From positions 1 through 53,573 of the forward strand of contig CALMAQ010000348.1 of NCBI GenBank assembly GCA_937859745.1: a stretch of DNA of 53,573 nt, in the 5' to 3' direction. The stretch is from an uncultured Verrucomicrobiota bacterium (GTDB taxonomy: Bacteria; Verrucomicrobiota; Verrucomicrobiia; Chthoniobacterales; SZAS-18). The translations under genes were made by a program, and so were the position numbers. Of the stretch, positions 18,608 to 27,745 are shown one piece after another. Position 1 is the stretch's first letter. Each line of letters starts with the position of its first letter. The notes below the pieces were generated by a model that was given only the letters and a program-made list of their open reading frames with translations, did no database searches and was not told the DNA's origin.

Positions 18608-19558
18608 TTAGCGGTTCTTAGTGAGATACCGCCCGTCCTGAAATCCCTGGACGGCCACCACCGAATTTATTTTGCGTGAGCCCTCGGCGGTCTTCGTGAT
18701 GTGGATGAGTAAGTGGACCGCCTCACCGATTAACGGCTCGCTGGGGTGGGGCGAGTCTGGGTGCATGGAAATCAGGGCCGAAAGGCGGCTCAGGCCCGCG
18801 TGCGCGTCGTTGGCGTGGATCGTAGCCACGCCGCCCTCGTGCCCCGTGTTCCACGCCATGAGCAGATCGAGCGCCTCTGGGCCGCGCACCTCGCCGACCA
18901 GGATGCGGTCGGGGCGCATCCGCAGGGTCGTACGCAGAAGCTTGGTCATCGGGATCTCGCTCGTCGTGTGGTAGGTGACGCTGTTGGGCGCGGCGCACTG
19001 GATTTCGCCCGTGTCCTCGATGATCACGAGCCGCTCGTGCGGGTTCTGGGTGACGATTTCCTGGATGATCGCGTTGGTGAGCGTCGTCTTGCCGCTGCCC
19101 GTCCCGCCGACCACCAGGATGTTGCGGTGCGCGGCGACCGCCTCGGCGATCACGGCGCGGTGCGCTGGCGTCATGAGGCCGCCCTCCACGTACTGCTCTA
19201 GCGTGAAGATGGCGCTCGCCTTTTTGCGGATGGCAAAGGTCGGCGCTCCCACGATGGGTGGAAGCTGACCGGCAAAACGCGAGCCATCCAATGGGAACTC
19301 GCCCTCCACGACCGGGTACTGCGCGGTGACGGTCACGCCCAGCGATCCCGCGACCGTGCGGATGATCGCCTCGCCCTGCGCAGGGGTCATGGTGCCGATG
19401 ACGCCCAGGCGCTCCCCAAGCTTTTCCTGCCAAAGCTTGCCGTCGGCGTTGAGGAGAATTTCGATGGTCCGGGTGTCCTCCAGCGCCTTCAGGAACACCT
19501 CCCCGCATTCGCGCCGGAGTTTCTCGTGCCCCCGCGCCTGCGTGGCCGTTCCGGTCAC
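18608..19558 (-). CDS. trbB: TrbB (VirB11 ATPase)
   Basis: GGTGSGKTT, IIEDTGE, LRMRPDRILVGEVRG and NTGHEGG. The GTG start overlaps the traC stop (GTGA). Confidence 0.95.
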   Translation of the reverse strand: MTGTATQARGHEKLRRECGEVFLKALEDTRTIEILLNADGKLWQEKLGERLGVIGTMTPAQGEAIIRTVAGSLGVTVTAQYPVVEGEFPLDGSRFAGQLPPIVGAPTFAIRKKASAIFTLEQYVEGGLMTPAHRAVIAEAVAAHRNILVVGGTGSGKTTLTNAIIQEIVTQNPHERLVIIEDTGEIQCAAPNSVTYHTTSEIPMTKLLRTTLRMRPDRILVGEVRGPEALDLLMAWNTGHEGGVATIHANDAHAGLSRLSALISMHPDSPHPSEPLIGEAVHLLIHITKTAEGSRKINSVVAVQGFQDGRYLTKNR

Positions 19559-21768
19559 CGGGAGCCGTCTCCCCTCCCCGTGCGTGCCTTGCCCTGTACC
19601 TCGCGCTTGGCGGGGCGTTCCTGGGAAACCGCGCGGGTCGGCTCGGGCGTCGGGAGCGCCGCGTCCAACGCCGTTTCGATCTGTTCTTTGAGTCCGTCGA
19701 TCCCGAGGGTGCTGTTGACCTTCACGTCGCAAAAGTCGCTGAAGCGTTTTGGGTCGCTGGCCTGCTCGCCGCTGGCGAAGGTCGGCAGGATCAATTTGGC
19801 ACCCACCGCCGCCGCGGCCTTGGTGGCTTGGTCACGCCCCGGATTGCGGCCCGGCTCGCGGCGGTCGTCGTCGCCCGCCACGACAAGAACCTTGTCGGGG
19901 AATTTTACCCGCAACGCCCGGGCCACGGGTTCCAGGTTCCCGGCGTCAAATGCGCTGACGACGGCTGCCCTGCGCCCGGCGGCCTCCGCGATGACGCTGG
20001 CCGTGGCGTAGCCTTCGGCGATGACGATGGCGGGGGCTTTGCTCAACTCCCCCATCCCGCCCACGACGTGGAAGCAGCCTTCCTTGCGCGTGCCCTTGGC
20101 AAAGCGCTTGGTGCCGTCTTCCTGGATGTATTGGGCGGTCCAGATTTTGCCCTCGGCGTCGTACCCCGGGACGACGAGCGTCTTGTTTTCCTGGTCGGCG
20201 AAAATGCCTTTGGTGGCCGTCGCCTGTTTCGCCTCCAGGTAGGGCGCGCGGCGCGCCTGCTTCGCCCCGCGTAGCTGCTGCTCGACCCGCCGGGCGGCTT
20301 CGGCCTGGCTTTCGCGGGTCTGTTCGTCACGGAGCTGGAGCTTGGCCGCCGCGTCCGCCGCCAGGGACGCCTTCTGTTCCTCGGTCAGCGTGTAGCCCTT
20401 GGCCTTCCAACGCACCTCTTCGCCGGTGCGGTTGTTTTTGGCGTAACCGGCGGGATGGCCGTCGCCATAGCAAACGTAGAAGCCGGCGGCCTCCCCCGCT
20501 CGGTCGCCATCGACCACGACGCGGTGGGGCTTGCCGTCGAGGTACGGGTGCTCGCCGTCGATCTGCATCCCGATGGCTTTCAGAGCGGCGGCGAACTCGT
20601 CGCGCGGGAGGAGCGGGCTCCCCTGCCCTGCGTCTGCCTGGTTGCCCGGCAGCCAACGGCTGAGCCGGACGGCGTCCGTCTGGGTCGGGGCGTACCACAA
20701 TTTGCGCTCGGCGTCCCACCGGGCACCGAGCGATTTGGCGGCGTTCTTCTCGCCGAAAGGCACGGCGAGGTAGGTGCGTTTGGAAGGCGAAGCGGACACC
20801 GGCGGGGTTTCCTTGGGGGTGGGTTGTAGTGGTTGCGCGTCGGGCGACGCGGGAGCGGTTTGGCCGGCTGCCTGCGAGGCCGCGCTGCGCTCTCCGGTTC
20901 TCTCGGTGATGTAGGCCCGGATTTTTTCGGCCTCGGCCGCCGCGCGAAAAATCTCCAGCGGCTGTTCCTGCAAGTCTTTTACCCAAGAAGCGACGTAGGC
21001 GGCGGCATTGCGGCCGGGTTCGTGGCCGATGCCGATCTCCTCGCCCATGAGCAAACTGGAGATTTCCGCGCGCAGCTCCTCGCGGGCATATTCCGGAGAG
21101 CCGAAAGGATTGCCGCCTTCCCGGTCCATCCGGCTCGGGTGCCCGCTCCAGTGCGCCAGCTCGTGCAGGCCGACCCGGTAGTAGCTGAGCGCGTCCGCGA
21201 ACTGCCCGCGGCCCGGCAGGTGGATCGTGTCGGTGGAACGCCGGTAGAACGCCTGGTCGGCCTGGTCGTGTTTGACCGTGGCGAGGTTCAAGCGAGCCTC
21301 GGCCGCCTGCTCGACGTTCCAGGTCGCGGATTTGCGCGCGAGCGGCGGCAGCCCGTCGATCTGTTCGGCGTTGAAAACCGTGGCAAAGAAAACGCGCGGC
21401 TGGCGCAGCCGGGCGACTTCGGTCGTCTGCTGGCCGGCGGCATCGAGCACGGGTTTGCCGTCCGCGCCTTTGACGGCGCGCTCCTCCTCGAACTTCCAGT
21501 ACTGCACCTGGGTCCCCTTCTCTCCCTTGCGCACCTGCGCCCCCTCCGCCTGGGCCTGTTTGTACGTGAGCCAGCGCGGATCGCTTCGCTCCTCTGAGAG
21601 CAACTGCAAGCTATTGATCCCTTTGTAGGTCTTGTCGGTCGTCGGGTTGTAGGGCAGGTAAGATTCGCCCGCCGCCCACGGTTTTTGCCAGGGTGCGGTC
21701 CCCCGCTCAAGCTGGTCGATCAGCTTCTCGGCCAGGATGAGGTGGAACGCTTTTTTCTCGTCAGCCAT
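19555..21768 (-). CDS. traC: TraC-like primase: ArdC-like ssDNA-binding and zincin domains, DUF5710-like segment, Toprim domain
   Basis: APWQKPW...YKGIN...WLTYKQA, HELAHWSGH, YAREELRAE, AKSLGARWD, IAEGYATA and VAGDDD. Confidence 0.9.
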   Translation of the reverse strand: MADEKKAFHLILAEKLIDQLERGTAPWQKPWAAGESYLPYNPTTDKTYKGINSLQLLSEERSDPRWLTYKQAQAEGAQVRKGEKGTQVQYWKFEEERAVKGADGKPVLDAAGQQTTEVARLRQPRVFFATVFNAEQIDGLPPLARKSATWNVEQAAEARLNLATVKHDQADQAFYRRSTDTIHLPGRGQFADALSYYRVGLHELAHWSGHPSRMDREGGNPFGSPEYAREELRAEISSLLMGEEIGIGHEPGRNAAAYVASWVKDLQEQPLEIFRAAAEAEKIRAYITERTGERSAASQAAGQTAPASPDAQPLQPTPKETPPVSASPSKRTYLAVPFGEKNAAKSLGARWDAERKLWYAPTQTDAVRLSRWLPGNQADAGQGSPLLPRDEFAAALKAIGMQIDGEHPYLDGKPHRVVVDGDRAGEAAGFYVCYGDGHPAGYAKNNRTGEEVRWKAKGYTLTEEQKASLAADAAAKLQLRDEQTRESQAEAARRVEQQLRGAKQARRAPYLEAKQATATKGIFADQENKTLVVPGYDAEGKIWTAQYIQEDGTKRFAKGTRKEGCFHVVGGMGELSKAPAIVIAEGYATASVIAEAAGRRAAVVSAFDAGNLEPVARALRVKFPDKVLVVAGDDDRREPGRNPGRDQATKAAAAVGAKLILPTFASGEQASDPKRFSDFCDVKVNSTLGIDGLKEQIETALDAALPTPEPTRAVSQERPAKREVQGKARTGRGDGSR

Positions 21769-21789
21769 ACGCTCTCGGGCACTCCGGCG

Positions 21790-21978
21790 TTACGGCGTCT
21801 CCACGGCGCTTTCCTTGGCGTCTTCTTCGCTCAAGGCATCTTCGCGGAAGGCTCCCGCCTCGTCGGCTTCGTCCAAGGTGAATTCCGCCTCGAACCCCGG
21901 CGTGGCGGCATCGAGAAATTTCGCTTCGATGATCTCGATGTCGGCGGGATCGATGTCCTTGGTTTTCGGTGCGCTCAT
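21790..21978 (-). CDS. traD: TraD-like small acidic protein
   Basis: [29 protein letters not shown] resembles IncP TraD; directly upstream of traC. Confidence 0.7.
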   Translation of the reverse strand: MSAPKTKDIDPADIEIIEAKFLDAATPGFEAEFTLDEADEAGAFREDALSEEDAKESAVETP

Positions 21979-22153
21979 GGTGGTACTTCTCGGTTGGTGT
22001 GCAACTGAACTCGGGCGGGAAGTAACCAGCAATTTGGATACCTCCTGTGCCCGCCGGGTGTCGTCACACGGCGGCGCGATGTTCGAGTTTTGGCACTTTC
22101 TCAACTGGAAAACACAAAGTTTGGCAAGACAAATTTGATCGGCGGTTGCCTGG

Positions 22154-22166
22154 TTTAGCCGCTAAA
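22154..22166. promoter_or_regulatory. KorB-type operator (O_B)
   Basis: TTTAGCCGCTAAA between traF and traD. Confidence 0.85.
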
Positions 22167-22232
22167 CTGCGACGTTGGTGAGCATGTAAACGGTTGATTC
22201 CGCGATGGACGGGAGGATCGGGCGGCGTCGGT

Positions 22233-22718
22233 TCACCATGTCAGGAGAGGTTCGACCACGGAGATTACGCGGCTGCTTAGGACCGGCCCGAAATAGCGGC
22301 TGTCGAAGGATCGCGGGTTGTAGGTGCTCATGGTCAAGAGTTCGCCGGGCCGCAACGTGTAATCGGCCAACGTCAGACGGGGTAGCGGCACACCGTCCCG
22401 GTCCACCGGCAGCGGGACGCTGTTCGCCAAGGTGCGGCCGTTGACCTGGACACCCTGGGCGTCGATGCAAACGTGATCCCCCGCCACCGCGACGACCTCT
22501 TTGATCAGATTGTGGCGGGCGAAGGGCCGCGCGGATAGTTCGGACGGTGGCAGCCGGAAGAGCACGAAACACCCCTTCCCCACCGAACGGTCCGTCTTGC
22601 GGTAGAACCCTTCCGGCAAGCTCGGCGTATCGTTGATGACGACGCCCGCCGCCAGCAATGCGGATTGGATCACGGCAGCGCACACGAGTGCCGCGATGGG
22701 CAGAAGGAACCGTTTCAT
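22233..22718 (-). CDS. traF: TraF pilin-maturation peptidase (S26)
   Basis: INDTPSLPEGFY (Ser), LIKEVVAVAGD (Lys) and SFDSRYFGPV. Confidence 0.9.
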   Translation of the reverse strand: MKRFLLPIAALVCAAVIQSALLAAGVVINDTPSLPEGFYRKTDRSVGKGCFVLFRLPPSELSARPFARHNLIKEVVAVAGDHVCIDAQGVQVNGRTLANSVPLPVDRDGVPLPRLTLADYTLRPGELLTMSTYNPRSFDSRYFGPVLSSRVISVVEPLLTW

Positions 22719-23011
22719 GCGTTCTGCAATTGGTAGACGCCATCGGCAATCAGATAAACCAGCCGTTGATGGTCCCGCTCCGTCACGGTTTCCGACGAGG
22801 GATTTATCACGCTCCCGGCCACGACGCTTGCGGCGGCGCGAACTTCCATGCCGCCCTGCACGAGCCGGTGCGCGAGGGCCGTCAGCGCCGCCACGTCGAA
22901 GCGGCTCTCGAAGCCCGGCTGCGGTTTGTTGCGCCGTTCCAGGAAAAGGTGGAGTCCCCCACCCGCCGCAAAGAACACCAAGAGGCCGAAAAGGTTTTGG
23001 GCAATGCTCAT
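22715..23011 (-). CDS. Small hypothetical membrane protein between traG and traF
   Basis: N-terminal hydrophobic segment; ATGA overlaps with both neighbours. Confidence 0.7.
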   Translation of the reverse strand: MSIAQNLFGLLVFFAAGGGLHLFLERRNKPQPGFESRFDVAALTALAHRLVQGGMEVRAAASVVAGSVINPSSETVTERDHQRLVYLIADGVYQLQNA

Positions 23012-24861
23012 AGCGCAACCGTCTCCTTGGCCGTCTGGGTCTGCGCGGCGGTGATGCGGTCGCTCTGTTTGGGCGCGGGGATCTCCGCGCGTTTCTGGAA
23101 CACCCGGTCCCGGTAATAGAGCGGCTGTTTGCCGTAGATTGCCGGGAAGCCCGCCACGTACACCACCATGTCGCCCGGCTCCTTGATTCCGCCGTCCGCG
23201 TCACGGCGCGGCCCCGGCATTCGCAGGGCCTCGTCGGTGGTGAGCAGCGGCCGTTGCACCTCCTGGAAGGTGGTCGAAACCTGGCCCAGCCACATGCCTA
23301 GGCGCTTGCCGCTCGTCGTGGCCTGCTCTTTGATGATCGTGGTCGTGCCGGTGAGTTTGGAAAGGTGGTCGGCGGTTTCCAGGCGGTTCGGGGGAAACGC
23401 GTTTTGGATGTGGCAATTGCTCGTCAGCGATTCCTCTTTACCGTAGGCGGCATGGAGCTGGCTCAAGTCCTGGATGACCAAGTAGCATTTGATTCCGTAG
23501 CCCGCGATGAAAGCGAGCGACTCCTGCATGATGTCCAGTTTCCCGAGGGCCGGAAACTCGTCCATCATGAGCAGCAGGCGGTGTTTGTAGCGCGCCTTGG
23601 GCCGGCCGTTCTCGAAGTCCATCTTGTCGGCGGAGAGTCGCACGATCATGTTGATGAGCACGCGCACGAGCGGACGCAGACGGTCCTTGTCGGTCGGCTG
23701 CGTGATGATGTAAAGACTGACGGGCGTCGCGTGGTTCATGAGATCCTTCACCCGGAAGTCCGAGCGCGAGACGTTGCGGCCCACCACGGGGTCGCGGTAG
23801 AGCGAGAGGTAAGACTTCGCGGTGGAAAGCACCGAACCCGCTTCCTTCTCCGGGCGGTCGATCATGTCCCGGCCGACGGCCCCGACCACCGGATGCACTT
23901 CGCCGCGGACGTGGCCGTACTCGATCATCTCGTTCCAGAGTTCCTCGATGGGCCGGGAAGGATCGGCCAGCATCCGGTCCACCTCTGGCAGCGTGGCCGG
24001 CGGGCCGTCGCCGTTGCGGGCGCGCAGGATCGTGTGCAAGATCACGCCGACCAACAGTGCCTGCGCGGTCTTCGACCAATGGTCGGCCATGCCCTTGCCG
24101 TCGGGATCGACGATCAAGGTGGCGAGGTTCTGCACGTCGCCGACCTCGTGCTCGGTGCCGACCCGGATTTCATCCAGGGGGTTCCAGGCGACCCCGCCGC
24201 TCAGGGAAGCGGGTTCAAAGCGCAGCACCTTCTGCCCGGCGTGCTGTTTTCTCCATCCGGCGGTGAGCGCCCACAGTTCACCTTTGAGATCGGTCACAAC
24301 GGCGGACTGGGTCCAGGCCAGGAGGGTGGGGATGACCAGACCCACTCCCTTGCCCGAACGGGTGGGCGCAAACGCCAAAACGTGTTCCTGGCCGTTGTGC
24401 CGTAAGTAGGTTTGCCTGCCTTGGTCATCGATCCACGAGCCGACGTAAACGCCGTCCTCGGCCAGCAACCCCGCCTCGGCGATGTCCTTGCGCTCCGCCC
24501 ACCGGGCCGAGCCGTGGAGGTTCGCCAACGCCTGCCCCGAGTGCCGTGCGGCCGTCTGCAAGAGTGAAATCGAGAGGATGCCCACGCCGAGCACCAGCAC
24601 TCCCGCACCCCACGCCGGCGTCAACTGCCGTTGGGTGGCCGCTCCCCACTGCCATTGCCAGAGGAGGATTTTCCAGGGGAAATAGAAGTGCTGCCAGTTC
24701 GGCCCGAGGGCAGGGGAGAAGTGAACCCTCCAGGCAAACACCTGCGTGGCGACGGTCAACGCCGCCACAATCGAAAGGGCGAATAACCCGATCTTTCGTC
24801 CGGTGGCGAGGGTGGGGACGCGTTGTTGAATCTGGGGATGGCTGGCTCGGCCGAATTTCAT
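23008..24861 (-). CDS. traG: Type IV coupling protein TraG (VirD4)
   Basis: LHGSARWA, APTRSGKGVGLVIP, MMDEFPALG and IQDLSQL. Confidence 0.96.
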   Translation of the reverse strand: MKFGRASHPQIQQRVPTLATGRKIGLFALSIVAALTVATQVFAWRVHFSPALGPNWQHFYFPWKILLWQWQWGAATQRQLTPAWGAGVLVLGVGILSISLLQTAARHSGQALANLHGSARWAERKDIAEAGLLAEDGVYVGSWIDDQGRQTYLRHNGQEHVLAFAPTRSGKGVGLVIPTLLAWTQSAVVTDLKGELWALTAGWRKQHAGQKVLRFEPASLSGGVAWNPLDEIRVGTEHEVGDVQNLATLIVDPDGKGMADHWSKTAQALLVGVILHTILRARNGDGPPATLPEVDRMLADPSRPIEELWNEMIEYGHVRGEVHPVVGAVGRDMIDRPEKEAGSVLSTAKSYLSLYRDPVVGRNVSRSDFRVKDLMNHATPVSLYIITQPTDKDRLRPLVRVLINMIVRLSADKMDFENGRPKARYKHRLLLMMDEFPALGKLDIMQESLAFIAGYGIKCYLVIQDLSQLHAAYGKEESLTSNCHIQNAFPPNRLETADHLSKLTGTTTIIKEQATTSGKRLGMWLGQVSTTFQEVQRPLLTTDEALRMPGPRRDADGGIKEPGDMVVYVAGFPAIYGKQPLYYRDRVFQKRAEIPAPKQSDRITAAQTQTAKETVAL

Positions 24862-24863
24862 GG

Positions 24864-24876
24864 TTTAGCCGCTAAA
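24864..24876. promoter_or_regulatory. KorB-type operator (O_B)
   Basis: TTTAGCCGCTAAA, 2 bp upstream of the traG ATG. Confidence 0.85.
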
Positions 24877-24907
24877 CTACAAAGCGGCTTTCATGAATTT
24901 AGCTGTA

Positions 24908-26704
24908 TTAACGACCATCTGTCCATCCTTTCGAGCGTTCGACGCGTTTTTGAGGCTCGTTCTCCCTTCCACGCATGGTGCCATTGCGTGTCACATACCG
25001 GGCAGCAGGCCCAGCCTGGCTCACGGGTTTTTCCGCTTCGCCTTTGCTTCCTCCTTGGCCTTTGCCCTCGCCTGCTTGGCGGCCAGTTCCAACAACGCCA
25101 TTTCCCTGCCGTCGCATTGTAGAATCGGTGCCGCCGCCGACTTCCGATCCCAGACGATCAGGTTCATGCGCGCGCAAAAGCACTTCAGTTCGCGGGCGCT
25201 CGTAAACCACATCGACACCGGACAGGTCTCGCACGCCGGTGAGGGGTCGGGCCGGTCCTTTTCCTCCAGCGCGGCCAAGACGGGACTGCAATAAAGCGGC
25301 GGCTCGTCGAAGGAGTCGGGCGGCGATGGATGGTCGGGCGGCGTAGTTCGGCCGGCAGGGGAGGGGAGCGCGGTGGAGGTCGGGCCGGCCGTAGTCGGGC
25401 CGAGAGTTGGCCCTCGCTTTGGCGAGGCCGGGACGTTGGTAGTCGGGTCGGGCATGAGATTTCGTGGTCGGTTTGGCGGGTGGAATCAGGGACGGCGGAC
25501 CGGGCGGCGGCTTCCCGGCCACCTGGCGCGATTGCAGGAGAGTGCGCGCAGCCGCATCGCCGTTTGCCGCTTGGGTCATGAGCCAGTCGTTCCAAGCCAT
25601 GAGCTTCGCCTCCCGGTAGATGGCGCTGCGCTCGGCACGGTAAGCGGTAAAACTGGCCGCGAGCTTCGACTTGAGATTGGCGCGGTGCAGTTGCAGCATG
25701 ATGGCATTCACCGTGCCCCGGCGCGTGAGTCCGATGATCGTCCGCTGCACCTGATACGCCGTTTTCGCGTGCCGCATCCGCTGGCGGTGCGTGGCCAACG
25801 CTTCAGCCATTTGGTCGGCTTGTGCCTTCTTGGCGTCACGTCTGGCAGCCTGGTATTTCTCGTAAAGGCTCGCGCTTGCCTGTTGCAAGGGACGCGCGAC
25901 GTAAGTTTTCCCTGGCGCTGTCACCTTCGCGCCCTGGGCCATCTCCTGGTAGCGGCCATACCGCTTTTCCAGAGCAAATTTGGAAAGCTCCCGAAAGCAA
26001 CTCGATGCCTTGGCCGTGATCCCATTGGATTCGACTACCAACCCGTTGCCCCGCGCCCGCAGGGTAACGCCCACGCTGGCGAACACCTCGTGCAGTTCCT
26101 GCCAGGACCGGGCGGAAGCCGTCGCCATCCCGAGCGAGCGCTGGACGTAGCCGATGAGGCTTTCCACCCCGGCGATTTTCTCCATGCACGCCGCCCGCGG
26201 TTGAACGAATGCCTTCTGCTTTGACGCGGCGCGTTCGGACTCCAGGCCGTAGCGCGCTTCAAGCTGCCGACAGAGCTTGGCCCGCGTGTGGTAATCGTTG
26301 AAAGGCTCGTGCAGCGTGCATTTCGTGGGGTGGATTTTGTTGATGGCGACGTGCATGTGCAGGTTGTCGGTGTCGCGGTGCACCACGCAAACCCGCTGAT
26401 GCTCCGCGAACCCGAGCACGCGGCAAAACTCGTCCTCGATCTGCACGAGCGTTTCGCGGGACGGGTCTTCGCCGCTTCGGAACGAAACGACCAGGTGGTA
26501 GGTCCGATTCCCTTTCGCCCTCTGGTTTCGGCTCTGCACGGCCTGCATTTCGTGGATCGCCCACGCCGGATCGTCCGAGTGGCAGTTCGTCACCGCCACC
26601 GCCGCCACCCGGTCGCTTTTGCCCTTTTGATCGAGGAGGTAATTGACCAAATGGCCGATCTTACCCTTGGCCGCCGCCTTCACGGCAGCCTTCTTGGAGA
26701 TCAT
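24908..26704 (-). CDS. traI: MOBP relaxase TraI
   Basis: Motif I LVNYLLD, motif II TYHLVVSF and motif III HRDTDNLHMHVAINKIHP. Confidence 0.94.
   Translation of the reverse strand: MISKKAAVKAAAKGKIGHLVNYLLDQKGKSDRVAAVAVTNCHSDDPAWAIHEMQAVQSRNQRAKGNRTYHLVVSFRSGEDPSRETLVQIEDEFCRVLGFAEHQRVCVVHRDTDNLHMHVAINKIHPTKCTLHEPFNDYHTRAKLCRQLEARYGLESERAASKQKAFVQPRAACMEKIAGVESLIGYVQRSLGMATASARSWQELHEVFASVGVTLRARGNGLVVESNGITAKASSCFRELSKFALEKRYGRYQEMAQGAKVTAPGKTYVARPLQQASASLYEKYQAARRDAKKAQADQMAEALATHRQRMRHAKTAYQVQRTIIGLTRRGTVNAIMLQLHRANLKSKLAASFTAYRAERSAIYREAKLMAWNDWLMTQAANGDAAARTLLQSRQVAGKPPPGPPSLIPPAKPTTKSHARPDYQRPGLAKARANSRPDYGRPDLHRAPLPCRPNYAARPSIAARLLRRAAALLQSRLGRAGGKGPARPLTGVRDLSGVDVVYERPRTEVLLRAHEPDRLGSEVGGGTDSTMRRQGNGVVGTGRQAGEGKGQGGSKGEAEKPVSQAGPAARYVTRNGTMRGRENEPQKRVERSKGWTDGR
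25021..25455 (-). CDS. traH: TraH relaxosome protein, overprinted inside traI in another frame
   Basis: SPVLAALEE...CETCPVSMWFTSARELKCFCARM...CDG matches the Cys pattern of RP4 TraH, which also lies within traI. Confidence 0.8.
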   Translation of the reverse strand: MPDPTTNVPASPKRGPTLGPTTAGPTSTALPSPAGRTTPPDHPSPPDSFDEPPLYCSPVLAALEEKDRPDPSPACETCPVSMWFTSARELKCFCARMNLIVWDRKSAAAPILQCDGREMALLELAAKQARAKAKEEAKAKRKNP

Positions 26705-26706
26705 GG

Positions 26707-26719
26707 TTTAGCGGCTAAA
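26707..26719. promoter_or_regulatory. KorB-type operator (O_B)
   Basis: TTTAGCGGCTAAA, 2 bp upstream of the traI ATG. Confidence 0.85.
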
Positions 26720-26746
26720 CTGGCCAACTGTTTACAAGATCAGGCT

Positions 26747-27112
26747 TTAGCGGCCTAGCCCCCGGACCTTTTCTAATAGGAGCGCCTGTGCTGCCTCCAT
26801 GGCGGCGACGAGCGCAGCGATCCGGCCTGCGTTAAACGCCCGGTCGCGGTCCGCCAGCCATGCTTTCAGAACACTCCCGAGCCTGCCGAGATCGCCGTTA
26901 ATTTTGGCCAGTTCGAGAACCGCCTCCTGATCCAGGGTGCTGCGCAGCGGCATGTCCAAACCCAGCGACCGCAAATACGCCGAGTCACTCAGGGTATGCG
27001 CTGCCGCCTTCGCCTGGATCGCCGCTTTCTCCGAGGGCAGCAACCAAACCTTGATGTGGGGGCTGGCCCGGCGGGTGGGGGTGGGGCGCGGCGGTGTGTC
27101 GGAAGGTTCCAT
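26747..27112 (-). CDS. traJ: TraJ oriT-binding protein (ribbon-helix-helix/MobC-like)
   Basis: IKVWLLPSEKAAIQAKA...SAYLRSLG...ELAKINGDLGRLGSVLKAWL. Confidence 0.9.
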   Translation of the reverse strand: MEPSDTPPRPTPTRRASPHIKVWLLPSEKAAIQAKAAAHTLSDSAYLRSLGLDMPLRSTLDQEAVLELAKINGDLGRLGSVLKAWLADRDRAFNAGRIAALVAAMEAAQALLLEKVRGLGR

Positions 27113-27180
27113 CGGTCGATGCCAAGGGCAGCAGGACGGCACCCCGTTGAACGCGAAAGCCGTGAATCAAGGGTGCATGC

Positions 27181-27227
27181 TGTCGGACGCGCGGCTTTGC
27201 CGTAGTCCTACATCACCTGTCCTGCCC
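27181..27227 (+). other. IncP-type oriT: inverted repeat plus nic site (predicted nick between 27224 and 27225)
   Basis: CCTACATCACCTGTCCTG^CCC versus RP4 CCTACTTCACCTATCCTG^CCC; preceded by the imperfect hairpin TGTCGGAC..CGGC-TTT-GCCG..GTCCTACA; lies between divergent traJ and traK. Confidence 0.85.
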
Positions 27228-27393
27228 TAATCTGATCAAATAGAAACTGGTTCGCAAGGCGCGTTTTCCTAATTTTTACTCGAATATTAGCGAATTTATG
27301 GAAAACTTGCCATCGTTGTGAGAAAGTGCGGCCAAGTATTGAGACTTCCGCCGACTCCTCGAAAACCACCCCAAATTGCTGAGAATTCGTGGG

Positions 27394-27717
27394 ATGCCTG
27401 CCCGAAAAAGCCTGCTCGATCTGCTCAAAGAAGAAGATTTTTCCGCCGATAAAAACCAGAAGAATCTGGCCGAGTTCATCGCAGAGAAAAATGAAATCCA
27501 GGAGGCCCTCGACGCTTACTGGGCTGTTCGGAACGTCTGGAAAGTTCTCACGAAGGCCGGTCGCATCACGATGCCGTACTCGACCTTTTGCCGACTGGTC
27601 AGGACACGAATAAAAACGCCGAAGGAAGCAGCCAAAAATGACACCAAACCCAGCCGATCTCCCAAGCCGGACGGCTTCACCCACAACGCCACTCACAACC
27701 CGACCGATCTAATCTGA
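27394..27717 (+). CDS. traK: TraK oriT-binding protein
   Basis: EFIAEKNEIQEALDAYWAVRNVW...GRITMPYSTFCRLV...GFTHN...DLI; position between oriT and traL. Confidence 0.8.
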   Translation: MPARKSLLDLLKEEDFSADKNQKNLAEFIAEKNEIQEALDAYWAVRNVWKVLTKAGRITMPYSTFCRLVRTRIKTPKEAAKNDTKPSRSPKPDGFTHNATHNPTDLI

Positions 27718-27745
27718 TCTAAACTTCCAAGCCGCACTTCTCTTC

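Noticed and set aside
26746-26760. Sixth O_B-like sequence (TTTAGCGGCCTAG)
   Set aside because: The right half does not match; it overlaps the traJ stop codon and may be coincidental.
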